Shown one piece after another: positions 13,930-26,430 of a DNA stretch of 64,000 nucleotides. The translations under genes and the position numbers were made by a program. The stretch is from contig NW_026889751.1 in the NCBI RefSeq assembly GCF_033153115.1, positions 3,596,001 to 3,660,000 on the forward strand, in the 5' to 3' direction. The notes beneath the pieces were generated by a model that was not told the origin of the DNA, ran no database searches, and saw only the letters and a list, made by a program, of their open reading frames with translations. The stretch comes from Saccostrea echinata. Its lineage: Eukaryota. Position 1 is the first letter of the stretch, and each line of letters starts with the position of its first letter.

Positions 13930-15312
13930 CGTTGTCCGTCGTCCGTCCGTCTGTAAACTTTTCACATTTTCAACTTCTTCTCAAGAACCACTGGGCCAAT
14001 TTTAACCAAATTTGGAACAAAGCATCCTTGAGTAAAGGGGAGTTTAAATTGTTAAAATAAAGGGCCAAACCCCCCTTACAAGGGGAGATAATCAAGAAGA
14101 GACAAAAATAGGGTGGGGTCATTAAAAAATCTTCTTCTCAAGAACCACTGGGCCAGAAAAGCTGAAACATAAGTGGATGCATTCTGGGGTAGTGTAAATT
14201 CTAAATTGTTAAAATTATGACCCCCGGGGGAAGGGCGGGGCCACAATAGGGAATCCAAGTTTTACATTGAAATATATAGAAAAAATCTTTAAAAATCTTC
14301 TCAAGAACCACTGAGCCAGAAAAGCTGAAACTTATGTGAAAGCATGCTGGGATAGTGTAAATTCTAAATTGTTAAAATCATGACCCCCGGGGGAAGGGTG
14401 GGGCCACAATAGGGAATCCAAATTTTACATTGAAATATATAGAAAAAATCTTTAAAAATCTTCTTCTCAAGAACCACTGGGCCAGAAAAGCTGAAACTTA
14501 TGTGGAAACATCCTGGGTTAGTGTATATTTTAAATTGTTCAAATCATGACCCCCGGGGGAAGGGCGGGGCCACAATAGGGAATCCAAGATTTACATTGAA
14601 ATATATAGAAAAAATCTTTAAAAATCTTCTTCTCAAGAACCACTGGGCCAGAAAAGCTGAAACTTATGTGGAAGCATGCTGGGGTAGTGTAGATTCTAAA
14701 TTGTTAAAATCATGACCCCCGGGGGAAGGGCGGGGCCACAATAGGGAAGTTTTACATTGAAATATATAGAAAAAAAATCTTTAAAAATCTTCTTCTCAAG
14801 AACCATTGGGCCAGAAAAGCTGAAACTTATGTGGAAGCATCCTTGGGTAGTGTAGATTCTAAATTGTTAAAATTATAACCCCTGGGGACAGGGCGCGGCC
14901 ACAATAGGGAATCCAATTTTTATATTGAAATATATAGGGAAAAAAACTTCTTCTCAAGAAGCACTTGGTCAGAAAAGCTAAGACTTTTGTAGAAGCATCC
15001 TTGGGCAGCGTAAATTCTAAACTATTCAAATCTTGACCCCTGGGGGTAGGGCGGGGCCACAATAGGGAATCCAAGTTTTACATTGAAATATATAGAAAAA
15101 ATCTTTAGAAATTTTCTCCTCAAAAACCTCTTGGCCAGTAAAGCTGAAACTTATATGGAAACATCCTGGGTTAGTGTAGATTTTAAATTGTTAAAATCAT
15201 GACCCCGTGGGTAGGGAGGGGCCACTATAGGTATTACAAAAAGATCCTCTGGTGAAGAACAGCAGGGCCAAAGTTATTCAGGTGAGCGTTGTTGCCCATG
15301 GGCCTCTTGTTT
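13882..15312 (+). mobile_element. Complete HINE/Helentron-like element with ~165-bp tandem array
   Basis: 5' TTTTTAGCTCACCTGAGCTGAAAGCTCAAGTGAGC, (GTCC)n, about 7 near-identical units, 3' subterminal TCAGGTGAGC and hairpin GCCCATGGGC-CTCTTGTT. Confidence 0.85.
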
Positions 15313-16371
15313 GATGTAGTTGTACTATGTAAATTTTCATATGCAAGCTGCGTACGTCGTGTGTCGGTGGTAAACTTTTGAATATTTCAGCTTCTATCTT
15401 CTCTGGAACCCCTGAACCAGTTTCAACTAAATTTTGCATGTGGGTAGAGCCATTATGGGTGGAGGAGAACAAACATTTTGAATTTCATGGTCCCTGGCCT
15501 CCTGTGGGTACGTCTAAGGATGGGGCTAAAACCATCAAAGTCATTGCAATCTTTAGAGAATCTTTACTCTTGAACATCAAACAGTCAAACTAGCTGTTTC
15601 ATGATTGTAAAAGGCATTGAGCCCAGGCCCCTGTCCCAGAATTGTGAAATTCATGGCCCTAGCTGGGTCATGGGTTCTGGAGTTAGGGAAGGGCTTTGTT
15701 GATCATAAAGTGAAAATGCATGTATTCTTTAAAAAGCTTCTTCTCCCCCCCCCCTCCCCCCCCCCCGTGCATGCATATCGAGGAGACAGACAAAATAAAT
15801 GATTATGATGAATAAATGTGCCTCTTCAAAACTTGGGAAATTCACTGCCCCTGGGTCACGGTGCTGGTGTTAAGTGCGTGACTCTGTTGATTATATGGTG
15901 AAAGTGAATTCATTCTTAATTTTCTTTTCTCTGCCACTGTGTATTAAGCGTACAAACTTATTGAATGGTTATGATGAGTAAGGGTGCCTCTTCCAAAATT
16001 TATGGAAAATTCGTGGTCCCTTGATCAGGAGTTCCGGTGTTAGAGAAGGGCTTTTTTGATCTTACATAGTGAAAATCATTCATTCTTTCGAAAATGTTCT
16101 CATATTCCCTATGTATTAAACAGGTGAACTAAGTGCATGGCTATGATGTCCCCTGTCCCCCTGGGGTTTGAGGGGTAGGGCCAAAACATGCAATCAAAAT
16201 TATATAATCTTTTAAATTCTTCTTCTCTACTCCAGGACACCAAGAAGTAAGTCAAAATGTGCACTGAGCCCTCTACCAAAATTGTAAAATCGATGGCCAC
16301 AGAGTAAGGGATTCTGGGTTGATGGTGGGGCACTTGATCATAAAGTGTAAATACAATTATAATTCATTAAA

Positions 16372-17441
16372 ATGCCACTGGGCATGGATCCTTCATTCAA
16401 CAATGGAGTGATCAGTGGAATCAACGGGACTTCGCAAAACTCGTCCCTTAACATACAGTTTCAAGGTAGTCAATTACATGTACAACCTTATATGCCACAA
16501 AGTCCACAAGGACAATTTGCAGGTTTTCTGTCGCCAATACAAACCCAATCGAACACTGTTCCTCAGAGTATTGATATGCGCGAAACTCTAACAGTTATAT
16601 GCAACAAACTTGAATATGTGTCATCTAAACTAAATACCCTGGATCATATAGATAAAAGGTTAAGTGACCTTGAACGAAATGTAAGTAGTGTTAATCAAGA
16701 ACTCAAAGAACTGAAAAATATGAAAATTAAAGTTGAAGACATTGAGAAGGGAATGAACCATATAGCAGTACAATATGATGAGCAACAAAAGGCTGTGAAG
16801 GAAATCGAGCGGACAGTGAAAGAAATAGACAAAAGGTCGACCTCAACATTGAAAGAACATGAAGCGATGCGTGAAGAACTCAAAGCAGTACGGTTAGACT
16901 TGAGTGACCTTAAAGAACGTCACCTAGATTTACAGACAAGGTCAATGAGGGATAACCTAATATTTGACGGGATACCAGAAACTCATGATGAAGACGCAGA
17001 GACTTTGATAAAAAACTTTTATTATTAAGAACGAGCTGAATATCACAGACAACATTGAATTCCATTGGGTGCATAGAATGGGGAGGAAGGGTGGAACCAG
17101 ACCGCAACCGATAGTTGCAAAATTTGTGCTGCACAAAGACCGAGAAAGAGTTAGACGTGCAGCCCCTTGATCTTTAGCTGACAAGCCATATGGAATTAAC
17201 GAACAATTTCCGAAAGAAATCAATAAACGGCGTAAACAACTATATCCCCAGTACAAAGCCGCCAAAAGACAGGGGAAAAGGGCTACACTTGTTGTTGACA
17301 AGCTTTTCGTCGAGGGACAATTGGTGCCATTACAGACCAACCATTTAGGAGACCGATTATCATTTCCAGCATTTGAAAACCGCGCGGCGCCGCCGCCGCA
17401 GACAGCGCACGTAAACATCAGGAATGCGAATACGCACTAGG
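16372..17441 (+). pseudogene. LINE ORF1 (coiled coil + L1-type RRM/CTD), disrupted
   Basis: Heptad coiled coil, RSMRDNLIFDGIPE; after a frameshift near 17020 continues HRMG...PQPIVAKF...INEQFPKEI...LVVDKLFVEG with an in-frame TGA near 17168. Confidence 0.85.
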
Positions 17442-17606
17442 ATAACCAAGGAGAACTGCACAAACAGGAACTTGCAATGTGTTAGCACTGGTTCTCTGCC
17501 CTTGATTCCAGTCGCTGCCGCTAGGAATTACAATTGGTTTTTCAGGGCGCTTGCGCCCGTTAACCAATGTCAGGGTACCAGTCTAGCAATGTGTAAACAA
17601 TGAGAC

Positions 17607-17683
17607 CACTCGGCACACCTCGGCCGATTCGTACCTCATCAAGTTTGATGAAGGTGACGGAATCAGCCGAGGTTTGCCGAATG
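17607..17683 (+). mobile_element. 77-bp hairpin MITE, copy 2, in the LINE inter-ORF region
   Basis: CACTCGGCA...TGCCGAATG flanked by a perfect 9-bp duplication CAATGAGAC (17598-17606, 17684-17692). Confidence 0.85.
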
Positions 17684-17711
17684 CAATGAGACGAAAAACT
17701 CTCTCAACACG

Positions 17712-19939
17712 TTGAAAATAATTAGTCTAAACGTTTGCGGACTCACATCAAAATTACAAAATCCTGAATTTATCGAATTTATAAATGAAAATGATATTAT
17801 TTGTCTAACAGAAACAAAAACAGATAATGCTGATAATATAGAAATTAGAAATTTTAATGCCTTTTGTAAACATAGATTATCGTTGTCCTCGAGAAAATCA
17901 GGTGGGATTGTTGTATATGTTAGAGATATTTATTCTAAATGTGTTACTATAATAGAAAATGAATGTGAACATGTATTGTGGATAAGATTATTAGGGAAAG
18001 CTTTTAATTTCCAAAATAATGTAATTATTGGTACTGTTTACATCCCACCCATAAATTCTCGGTTTTCTACAATAGATATTTTTGATGAAATAGAAAGAGA
18101 AACATGTAATTTTATTGAAAGTTCTGGTAGCATTTGTCTAATCGGCGATTTTAATAGTAGGGTTGCTATGGAGAAAGATTTTTTTGAAAATATCAACTCT
18201 CATAATAATGATCATTCATTTTCAAATGACATAATTGATGAAAATATTTTTCTTAGTGATTCATGTGATGTTTCAAACCTTGAAAAATACGGATTATCTG
18301 TTAATAGAAAGTCAAAAGACAAAACATTAAACCAATCTGGTAAAAAATTGTTAACTTTGTGCAAAAATTGTAATATTTTCATACTAAATGGAAGATGTAA
18401 CACTGATGTAAATGGTGAATTCACTTGCAAAAACTGCAGTATAGTAGACTACTGCATTGCAAATATTAACTTTATCAAACATGTTTCAGAAATATGTGTT
18501 TTACCATTTTCTACATTGTACTCAGATGTGCATAATCCAATAACGGTAAAAATGAGAATGTATCCTGAACCAATGAATCCAACTATAGAAAATATCCCAT
18601 GACATATGATTGTAATAATCAATCAGAAAAAGCTAAGAGGTGGAATAGTGATGAGAAAGTAATTTACCAAAACTGTGTTGAAAATAAAGCTAGTAAAATT
18701 GAAAGTTTAGAAGATGAACTTTTAAACTGTGGTGAAATTTCTTTAGATTTTATTGATAATATTGTTGAAAAAGCTGGTGAAGTTTTAGTTGGAAGTGCTA
18801 AGGAAGATCTTCAACACGAACTGAATATTTTTAACAATTATTGTAAATGATGGCATCTGAAAGCTAACACTAATAAAACTAAGGTTGTTATCTTTGGAAA
18901 AGGCAATCCAAGAATTGAAAAACCATTTACATTAAATGGTAATATATTAGAAATTATTGATAATTTTAAATATTTAGGTGTAAATTTTTGTAAAAATGGT
19001 TCATTTAATACAAATATTAAGGAATTATTTCAAAAAGCAACAAAAGCTATGTATGGTGTTATAGGAAAATGTAGAAAACACAACCTTACTGTAGAATGTA
19101 CATTAGATATGTTTGACAAAATTGTAAAGCCTGTATTTTTATATGGATGTGAAGTATGGGGTTATAATCAGTCACCATTAGTTGAAAAGTTGCATTTAAA
19201 ATTTTGTAAACATATTTTACATGTAAAATCATCTACACCAAATTTTATGGTATACGGTGAATTAGGTAGATACCCTCTTTCAATTAATATTAAGGTAAGA
19301 ATGATAAGTTTTTGGTGTAAATTATCTCTTTCACAAGGTGATAAATTATCATCAAATCTGTTAATTGTTTTGAAGAACTAGAATAGTCCATGGTGTAACT
19401 TTATCAAATCTATACTGAATGAATGTGGGCTTTCTTATATCTGGCAAACTTGCCAACCAGTGCATGTATCTTGGCTGAAGAAAGTAGTTTTTAACACTCT
19501 GTATGATCAGTTTAATCAGTCATGGTACAGTGAAATGTTTAATTCACCTAAAGGTCTTAATTACAGAATATATAAAACTTCATTTTGTTTAGAAAAGTAT
19601 TTAGTATCTTTGCCTTGTAAGTACTGGAAATTATTATGTAGGTTAACTTGTAATAATAAATTGCCGATTGAAGTTGGGAGATGGCAAAATGTACCAAGAG
19701 AGAATAGAATTTGTAAGTTATGTTCAAAAAATGAAATTGGTGATGAATATCATTACTTATTCAATTGTAATGATCCATTTATTCTGAAATCAAGATTATC
19801 ACTAATATCAAAGTATTACTATTTATATCCAAATGTGTATAAGTTTGATCAACTTTTTAATACAAAAAATACAGTTAAATTGATAAAACTGTGTAAATTT
19901 ATAAAAATTATCTGTGAGAGAGTTGGCTCTCCTGGTTAG
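17712..19939 (+). pseudogene. LINE ORF2: APE endonuclease + C-terminal part of RT + Cys/His finger; RT core deleted
   Basis: SLNVCGL, CLTET, VYIPP, IGDFNSR, SIVDY, SDVH endonuclease motifs; jumps near 18800 to DLQ...KTKV...FKYLG, YGELGRYPL, LPIEVGRW, CKLC...DEYH...C; several stops and frameshifts. Confidence 0.9.
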
Positions 19940-21616
19940 GTCATTGTTAGTTTTTTGACTTTGTACTTTTTCTGTTTCACGGATGCACATATGTTTAACT
20001 ATATTTGTAATCTGTCTCTACACTGTACTTAATGTCAGTTTATGAGAATAAATTCATTGTCATTGTCATTGCCCTGTACATTTAGCAGACAATCTAAATG
20101 CACGGTTATGATGTCACACTTTCATCTATCAGTTTATTTTGTTTTATTATATACTTTACATGGGTGTATTTTACTCAGGTGACCATTAAGACACGTGGGC
20201 CTCTTGTTATGTACTGTTTTAAATGTATGTGATTTTTAAGCTCACCTGTTGGTGTATCATTAATTATTTTTCAAAGACAAGTAACCCGCTACGGCCCGTG
20301 CAACAATCACGTATGTCATTTTGCTCAAGGGCCATGCAATCCAATTCAAACTATTCGTGTCCGTCATAAGATTGTGGTCAAAACATCCAATTTAATCACT
20401 TTACCTGGACTGTAGTGTTTGGGTGTTTTGTTATAAGAAAATGTGATGACCTCAAATTTAGACCGTTAAAAACGAAGTCATAAATCGGCTGAAACATGTT
20501 TATTTATGGTTTGGTTTCAAAAATAGTGAGAGATAACAAGGATAAGGCAATAGTTATTTCTTAGAATGGCAGTAATGATCGGAGACAAATATTTCATTTT
20601 GGTGGAAAGGAAAAAGAAATAACTGAGTAGATAAACGAACATTTATATATTGTTCATGCGTTAAGTAATGTTAATATGCCCTCATTTTCGGGTTACGTTT
20701 TGTCTGTAGTCTCCTACATAGTTAAGAGTTTTATGATTTAAATCAGCAAATTCCAGAATAAATTACATCGCTCTTTTTACAATTTAAAGAGTTTTAACAT
20801 GTTTATGTTTCTACAGGTTGCTTGGAACACAAAGGAAATTGACTGGTATCCGTTTTTGTTTATTGCTTCGACGCCATCGCTAATCCCGCCAGATTGCTGT
20901 CCTATTCTTCTCTCTTTTTCTTCCTTTCGAATTTCGTGTACAAAATTCTACTTTGATTGCCATAGTCTGGTTTTCAAATATTATCATAAAATATAGAGCT
21001 TTGAAAATGTAAAAAAAAAAAAAAGAGTCAATGAATGAGTTTGAGGCCAGTATACATATGGGCATAAAATATGCAATGAAAAATGCTTCGTTCTTCCTCG
21101 TAATTTCATGAGCGACAATACATACTAAATTTTAGATAAAATACCCCTCTAAACTATCAGGAGTAGTAAATTTAAATAAATAAAGTCCTTTACTTTTCAA
21201 GAATTGTATCACAACATACTTGTTAGATTTGTTCAATTAATCAAAGTGATTTATGCAAAGACGGAAACAAATTACGGTAAAGTAGCGCCAAATAAATTAG
21301 ATTAAACCTACCTTTGATTTTTTTTTCAAATTAATCGTTTTTGTCCGTTCTGAAGAAAAATAACATCGTTCAAATTAAAAAAACAAAACTGTCATGTTGC
21401 ATTTAGATGTCAAAACAATCTTGAGAAATAAAATAAAATAAATGACCGTCCGTTTGAAAATTTAAGGGAATCCCCTCCTTTTCTCAACATCGACCGGTCA
21501 AATGTGTAAAATACTGATCAACAGATCTGGCGACAGGAAAAGTTTGTTGAGACTCGGCATAACTTACTTGCTCACAAAATTCGTTTTTTTTTTTGCAACA
21601 AGAACCGTTTGTTTAT

Positions 21617-21928
21617 CAGGCGCGGATCCAGGAATTTTTTCCAGGGGGTGTGGGGGTGGGGGTGGGGTGGATTCCACCCCGGTCAAAAAATGTCCAATCA
21701 AGAAAAGATCTTGACAAGCAAAAAACAAACAAACAAACAAACAATTACAAACAAAACAAACGTTATGGCCATTCCGCGGCGATGTTGGTGGGGTCGACGT
21801 TTTTTTTTTTTGGGGGGGGGGGGGGGGTAAAGTCATTTTTTATTTGCTCCAGTATATACTTTTAGTAACTCTGCAAATTCAAGGGGGGGGGTGGATCCCC
21901 CCCGGACCCCCCTCTAGATCCGGGCATG
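21617..21928. mobile_element. GC-rich MITE (CAGGCGCGGATCCA...TAGATCCGGGCATG)
   Basis: Imperfect TIRs and poly-G/C tracts; an oppositely oriented relative at about 23654-24052. Confidence 0.55.
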
Positions 21929-24900
21929 TTTATTTGTTTTGTTTTTTCTTGTTTGTTTGTAAACTTAGTATCAGAATTTAACAATAATGTAGTATATTGT
22001 GTATGAGTAAGTAATGGTACAATTCTACAATTTTGTATTGTGTCATATTAAATACACACATTTTAAAACCAGAGAGAGAGAGTGAGAGAGAGAGATTTGT
22101 ATATTCCCATCCCTGTGATGGATACATCATATTATTTCCAGACATCACTAGAAATCTGCCCATACAAAATCCAACTTCATTCATTGATTTCGATTTGTGG
22201 ATATATAGATAATTAAATAGTACTTCGTATTTCGACGCAATAATTTGCGAACCGGCACAGTAACTATCAAAGAATCGGAGCAGTTTGGTGCATTGTCCTA
22301 TTGTACTTAACAAAATTTCAAGTATATGCATGAGGGTGAGGTGATATTACTACAGTAAATGGAGGGAAAACCGGAAAACGCATAGTTAATATTTCTTAAA
22401 AAAGCTTATAGAGTTATTCCTCTTTGGTCCTGTAGAACTGAGTTTTACTTAACATGTCGCCTAATATTATCATTAAAGACATAAATAAAACTTAAGAATG
22501 GTCATCTATTTCTTAAATTTTATACTAGCATTATAATCAAGCGAAGAAAAAAAATCCGCGGATAGTAAGACAACGATAAATAATATTTAACATAAAAGTT
22601 AAACTCAATATAAATTCAAATTAAAATGAAAAATCAAATTGAATTTATTAAAAATAATCATCCATTCATACGAGTTTATTTTAACAATCTCCACGTTCAC
22701 CAAGCCCAAGTCGGTATATCGACCCTAAACTAACGGAACAATCGGGAACATCACACAGGCTTTTCCGTCAAGTCGAGAACAACATCGGCTTTTTCTTTCA
22801 AGTAGAGAAAATTTATTAGTAAAAAAAAATTATTGATAGAATTTCATTTCAACAACTCCTGACACTCATGATCAAAAGTAGGTTTACCGATCCCGTTTTA
22901 TTTTTAAAGACAACTAATGGAACAATCGGAAAATCACATGGCATTTTCCTTCAAGTCGAGAACATCACTGGGCCTTTTCCGTCAAGTCGAGAAAAACCGC
23001 GAGGTTTTATGTAGGTTGACGATAGAGGCTGAGTGAATACCGATTTCAGTAGATCATATACATATATATCATTGCTAGTTATAAACAAAGCCATGCTTCT
23101 CAAAATTCATAAGACATAACAACGGTTCAGAGTATTCTTGAAAATAGGCCAAAGGTCAAGGTCAGGTGGACTGTATCACTGATATTTTTCAACATGTCTT
23201 TTGACAAACAGTGCACTTGCCTAATAGCAAAACTTACCTCTGAAAAGGTCAAAGAATATGTGAAAATCGGTAATATGGTATATTTTGAAAAGTAGGTCAA
23301 AGATCAAGTTCAAAGGTCACGAGGTCGGTAACCCTGGTATTTCACAAAAGCCATTCTTCCAAGCAATAGATGAGCCAAATTTCAAATCCCAACCTTAAAC
23401 AGTTCTCAAGATATAAGGTGTGCCAGGCAAAGTGATTTTTAAGTGTAGTTCTGCTCTACAGGCGACACAAAAATATGTTAATCTGCAAAAATCTCTTAGG
23501 ACTGCAGTTTCAGTTTCTTGAAAAAACTATAACTCTGTCTTGTATAGAGACTTTCAAGTCGTTTGATAAAGGACCATGATTTAACGTGAACCTCACATTA
23601 AATTTAACAAGCTAATTCAGAGAATTTGTGTCCCCCGCCTAAGGAAAAAAGACCATACGCGGATCTAGAGGGGGAGGGGGCGGATCCCCTGGATCTACAG
23701 AGTTATTAAATGTATATACTGAAGCAAATAAAAAATGACTTTGGACCCCCCCCCCTCACCAGAAAACGTGGACCTCTTTTAAGAAATATGTTTTTCGCGG
23801 TTGGGGAAGGAGTTTAGGTTGTTTTTTCTAAAATTATTATTAATTTTTGCTCGTCAAGAAATTTTTTGGGTTGGATACATTTGGGAAAGGAGTTTAGGTT
23901 TTTAATTTTTTTTCTTTTATTATTATTATTGATTTTTTTTTTGTTTGTCTGTGTGTGTGCGTGTGTTTTGCTTGTCAAAATTTCAGGGTTGGAAATTTTT
24001 TGACTGGGGAGGAACCCCCTCCCCCTGGAAAAGAATCATGGATCCGCGCCTGGAAGAGGGTGGAAGAAATGGAATAATTTCTCAGATGGAGAAAGAAAAA
24101 AAGGTCAACCTTGACCTTCAGTTTTTGGTCTTAAGGCCACAAAGATTTAAAAGCTAGATTTTCGTCCTAATTTGCTTAAAAATTGGGGCGGGTGGGCGGA
24201 TTTTATTTTATTTTTTTTTTTTTTGTTACTGTAAACATCTATATAACGATCTTCTTATACAAAATTTTCACATTGTGAATGCCAATATGGATAAATAGTT
24301 TTGTTTATTTATTCTGTAAAATGGCCTTTTTCTAAATATATAATTATATTTTTTTCGTTTGACCAACAAATACTGGTGCTTTGTCTGAAAATATCACAGA
24401 TTTCCACTGTCCTTTTAGTTCTTGACGCGTTCGATATTGTCAAAATTTTACACAACAGAGGGTGTCTAATTTAGTCTTTACTAAACAGTTCTAATAGATT
24501 TACCATAGGACTTAACGTGATCAATAGAAGAAAAATATTTATTGAATTTTGAATGTGTGAAGATGCATAAAGCATACAAAATTGATTGCTTTGAGGAAGA
24601 ACAAACAGCAATGTGCAAGTTAACTGCAGGTTCGATTCTAATATGAATTTCAATAACAGATTTATCTATGGTGAGTAGCAATACCTAGTGTTATACGTTT
24701 TATTCAATAAAAAAAATATTCACTAGAGTAAAATTAATTTATTTCGAGTTTGATACCAACAAAGTACTTTTACTTCAAGAGTTATTGATTTTTACTGGAG
24801 TATAAATAATTTTACTGGAGTATAAATAATTTTACTGAGGTAAAAATAATTTTACTAAAGTAGTATTTAATTGTGAGTATAGCAATTGTCAGTATTTTAT

Positions 24901-25666
24901 TTTAACTGCAGTAAAAATAATTTTATTGCTGTAAAGATGAATATTTAGTAACATATTCATCCAAAGGCAGACTGTATGTATTATCACGATGAAAATTTTA
25001 CTGTTATAAGAGATTTTTCTAGTTTCTAAAATTAAGTTACTGTTTTGTGTTTTTTTGAACAACTCTTTCAAAATTCTTGAGCTTTTCAAATCATTTTCTT
25101 TATTGAATTTACGACTCTTAATCTTTATTGAATTAAAACATCGGCGATTTCAGATAATCCAAGCCAATTGGGTTTAACACCTGTCATCGTTTGATATTGC
25201 TAAATTATCTTTATGCAAAATAACATCAAAAGGACGATAATCTGGCCCTCAATTATTTTAAGGGTTTACTCAAGTGTCAAAACCTTTATCTATTTATCTC
25301 CAAATGTCATTTTTACACATGTCACTCTATAATTGTTATATACACTGTATACTGTTGAATTTGGTTTGGATGAGCAGTCGGAATCGGACAGCCGTCCCGA
25401 GTACACCGACCTGTATCAAAATTTGTCAGTTCCATATTAAAAGTTAAAACGCTGGTTGGAGTTTGTCTCTAATCTGTTTAATAAGACTCATAGATAGAAA
25501 GGAGCGCAGATCGTGGCTGACAGAATCCGTGAGCGGCATCGTCAGGGAACTCAAAGAGAAGTTCTTCAAGCGAGAAATAAGACGTTCATATTTCTACATA
25601 GTCTTATTTTAGCACAGCCTGAGTGTTGATCGGGCGAGATAATTTTTTTTTTTAAATTGTGCTAAT

Positions 25667-25682
25667 TGGTGGAGAATCCGGG
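25667..25682 (+). promoter_or_regulatory. tRNA primer-binding site (tRNA-Ala-like)
   Basis: TGGTGGAGAATCCGGG directly after repeat A1; its reverse complement ...TTCTCCACCA resembles a tRNA-Ala 3' end. Confidence 0.75.
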
Positions 25683-25767
25683 TACAACACCACCTCTCAT
25701 GAAGCTAAGCGAGTATTCCCCAAATCTCAAAGTTTCCGAGGACGACCAGCTTTAACATTGGACTGGC

Positions 25768-26430
25768 ATGCAGTTCCGACCACAGTGGCAGGTTTCAGCG
25801 CCGCTTTGCAGCAGATGTAACAGACGGCATTACTCCGTCTGCAACGCCTTGGAGAAACGCTGCCATAGATGTGGAGAAGAGGGACACTTTAGCAGAGTGT
25901 GCGGAGAACGTTCGTGCCGCGCTGTAAAATCGGATGCAAAGAGGAAAAGGGACACCGAACGACTGCAGGATTACAACAGCAGGAAAAGGTTGTTCCGGGT
26001 ACTTCCGTTTGCAAACATAAGTGATTCCAAATTTAAAGAGTGTGTCAATTTAAAGTCAGTGTTTTCATCAGAAGTTCAGTCCGTGGTAAAAGATCTCCAA
26101 TATACAAAAGCGCTAATGAAAATGGACATTGAAATCCTAGAATGGAAATTGCAGAAACAGTCAAAGTCGAACGAGGAAAAAGATCAACAGATAAAACTGT
26201 ATTCTACATACTTAAACTATGCCGTGTCAGATCTAAAGAAACTTTCCGGACTTGTTTCCCATTACAACTGGCTTCTGGAAAATTATGAAATGGAACACAT
26301 CGTACTGCGATCAATCAAACAGAACTGTATGTGTAAAAGAGATGTTGAAAACAGTAAACTTGTCCGAAGGGAATATAGACAGTTTAAAGATTCTGAATTA
26401 TACAAAGAAATTTTGAACACTAAATTTTGA
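25768..26430 (+). CDS. Gag-like protein with two zinc knuckles and a coiled coil (220 aa)
   Basis: CSRCNRRHYSVC and CHRCGEEGHFSRVC (CX2CX4HX4C); an in-frame upstream ATG at 25699 is cut off by TAA at 25753. Confidence 0.7.
   Translation: MQFRPQWQVSAPLCSRCNRRHYSVCNALEKRCHRCGEEGHFSRVCGERSCRAVKSDAKRKRDTERLQDYNSRKRLFRVLPFANISDSKFKECVNLKSVFSSEVQSVVKDLQYTKALMKMDIEILEWKLQKQSKSNEEKDQQIKLYSTYLNYAVSDLKKLSGLVSHYNWLLENYEMEHIVLRSIKQNCMCKRDVENSKLVRREYRQFKDSELYKEILNTKF

Larger units (their letters stand above)
16372..20071 (+). mobile_element. Decayed non-LTR retrotransposon (LINE; RTEX- or L2-group, clade uncertain)
   Basis: ORF1 plus ORF2 remnants, AATAAA at 20047-20052 and a (CATTGT)n tail. Confidence 0.9.
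15330..20208 (+). mobile_element. Second HINE-like element, interrupted by the LINE
   Basis: AAATTGTGAAATTCATGGCCC-type units at 15480-16370 resume at 20072 and end TTACTCAGGTGACC...GGGCCTCTTGTT. Confidence 0.6.

Noticed and set aside
16957-17418. 153-aa minus-strand ORF (also 38880-39248 and 46002-46400)
   Set aside because: Antisense or off-frame shadows of real coding sequence.
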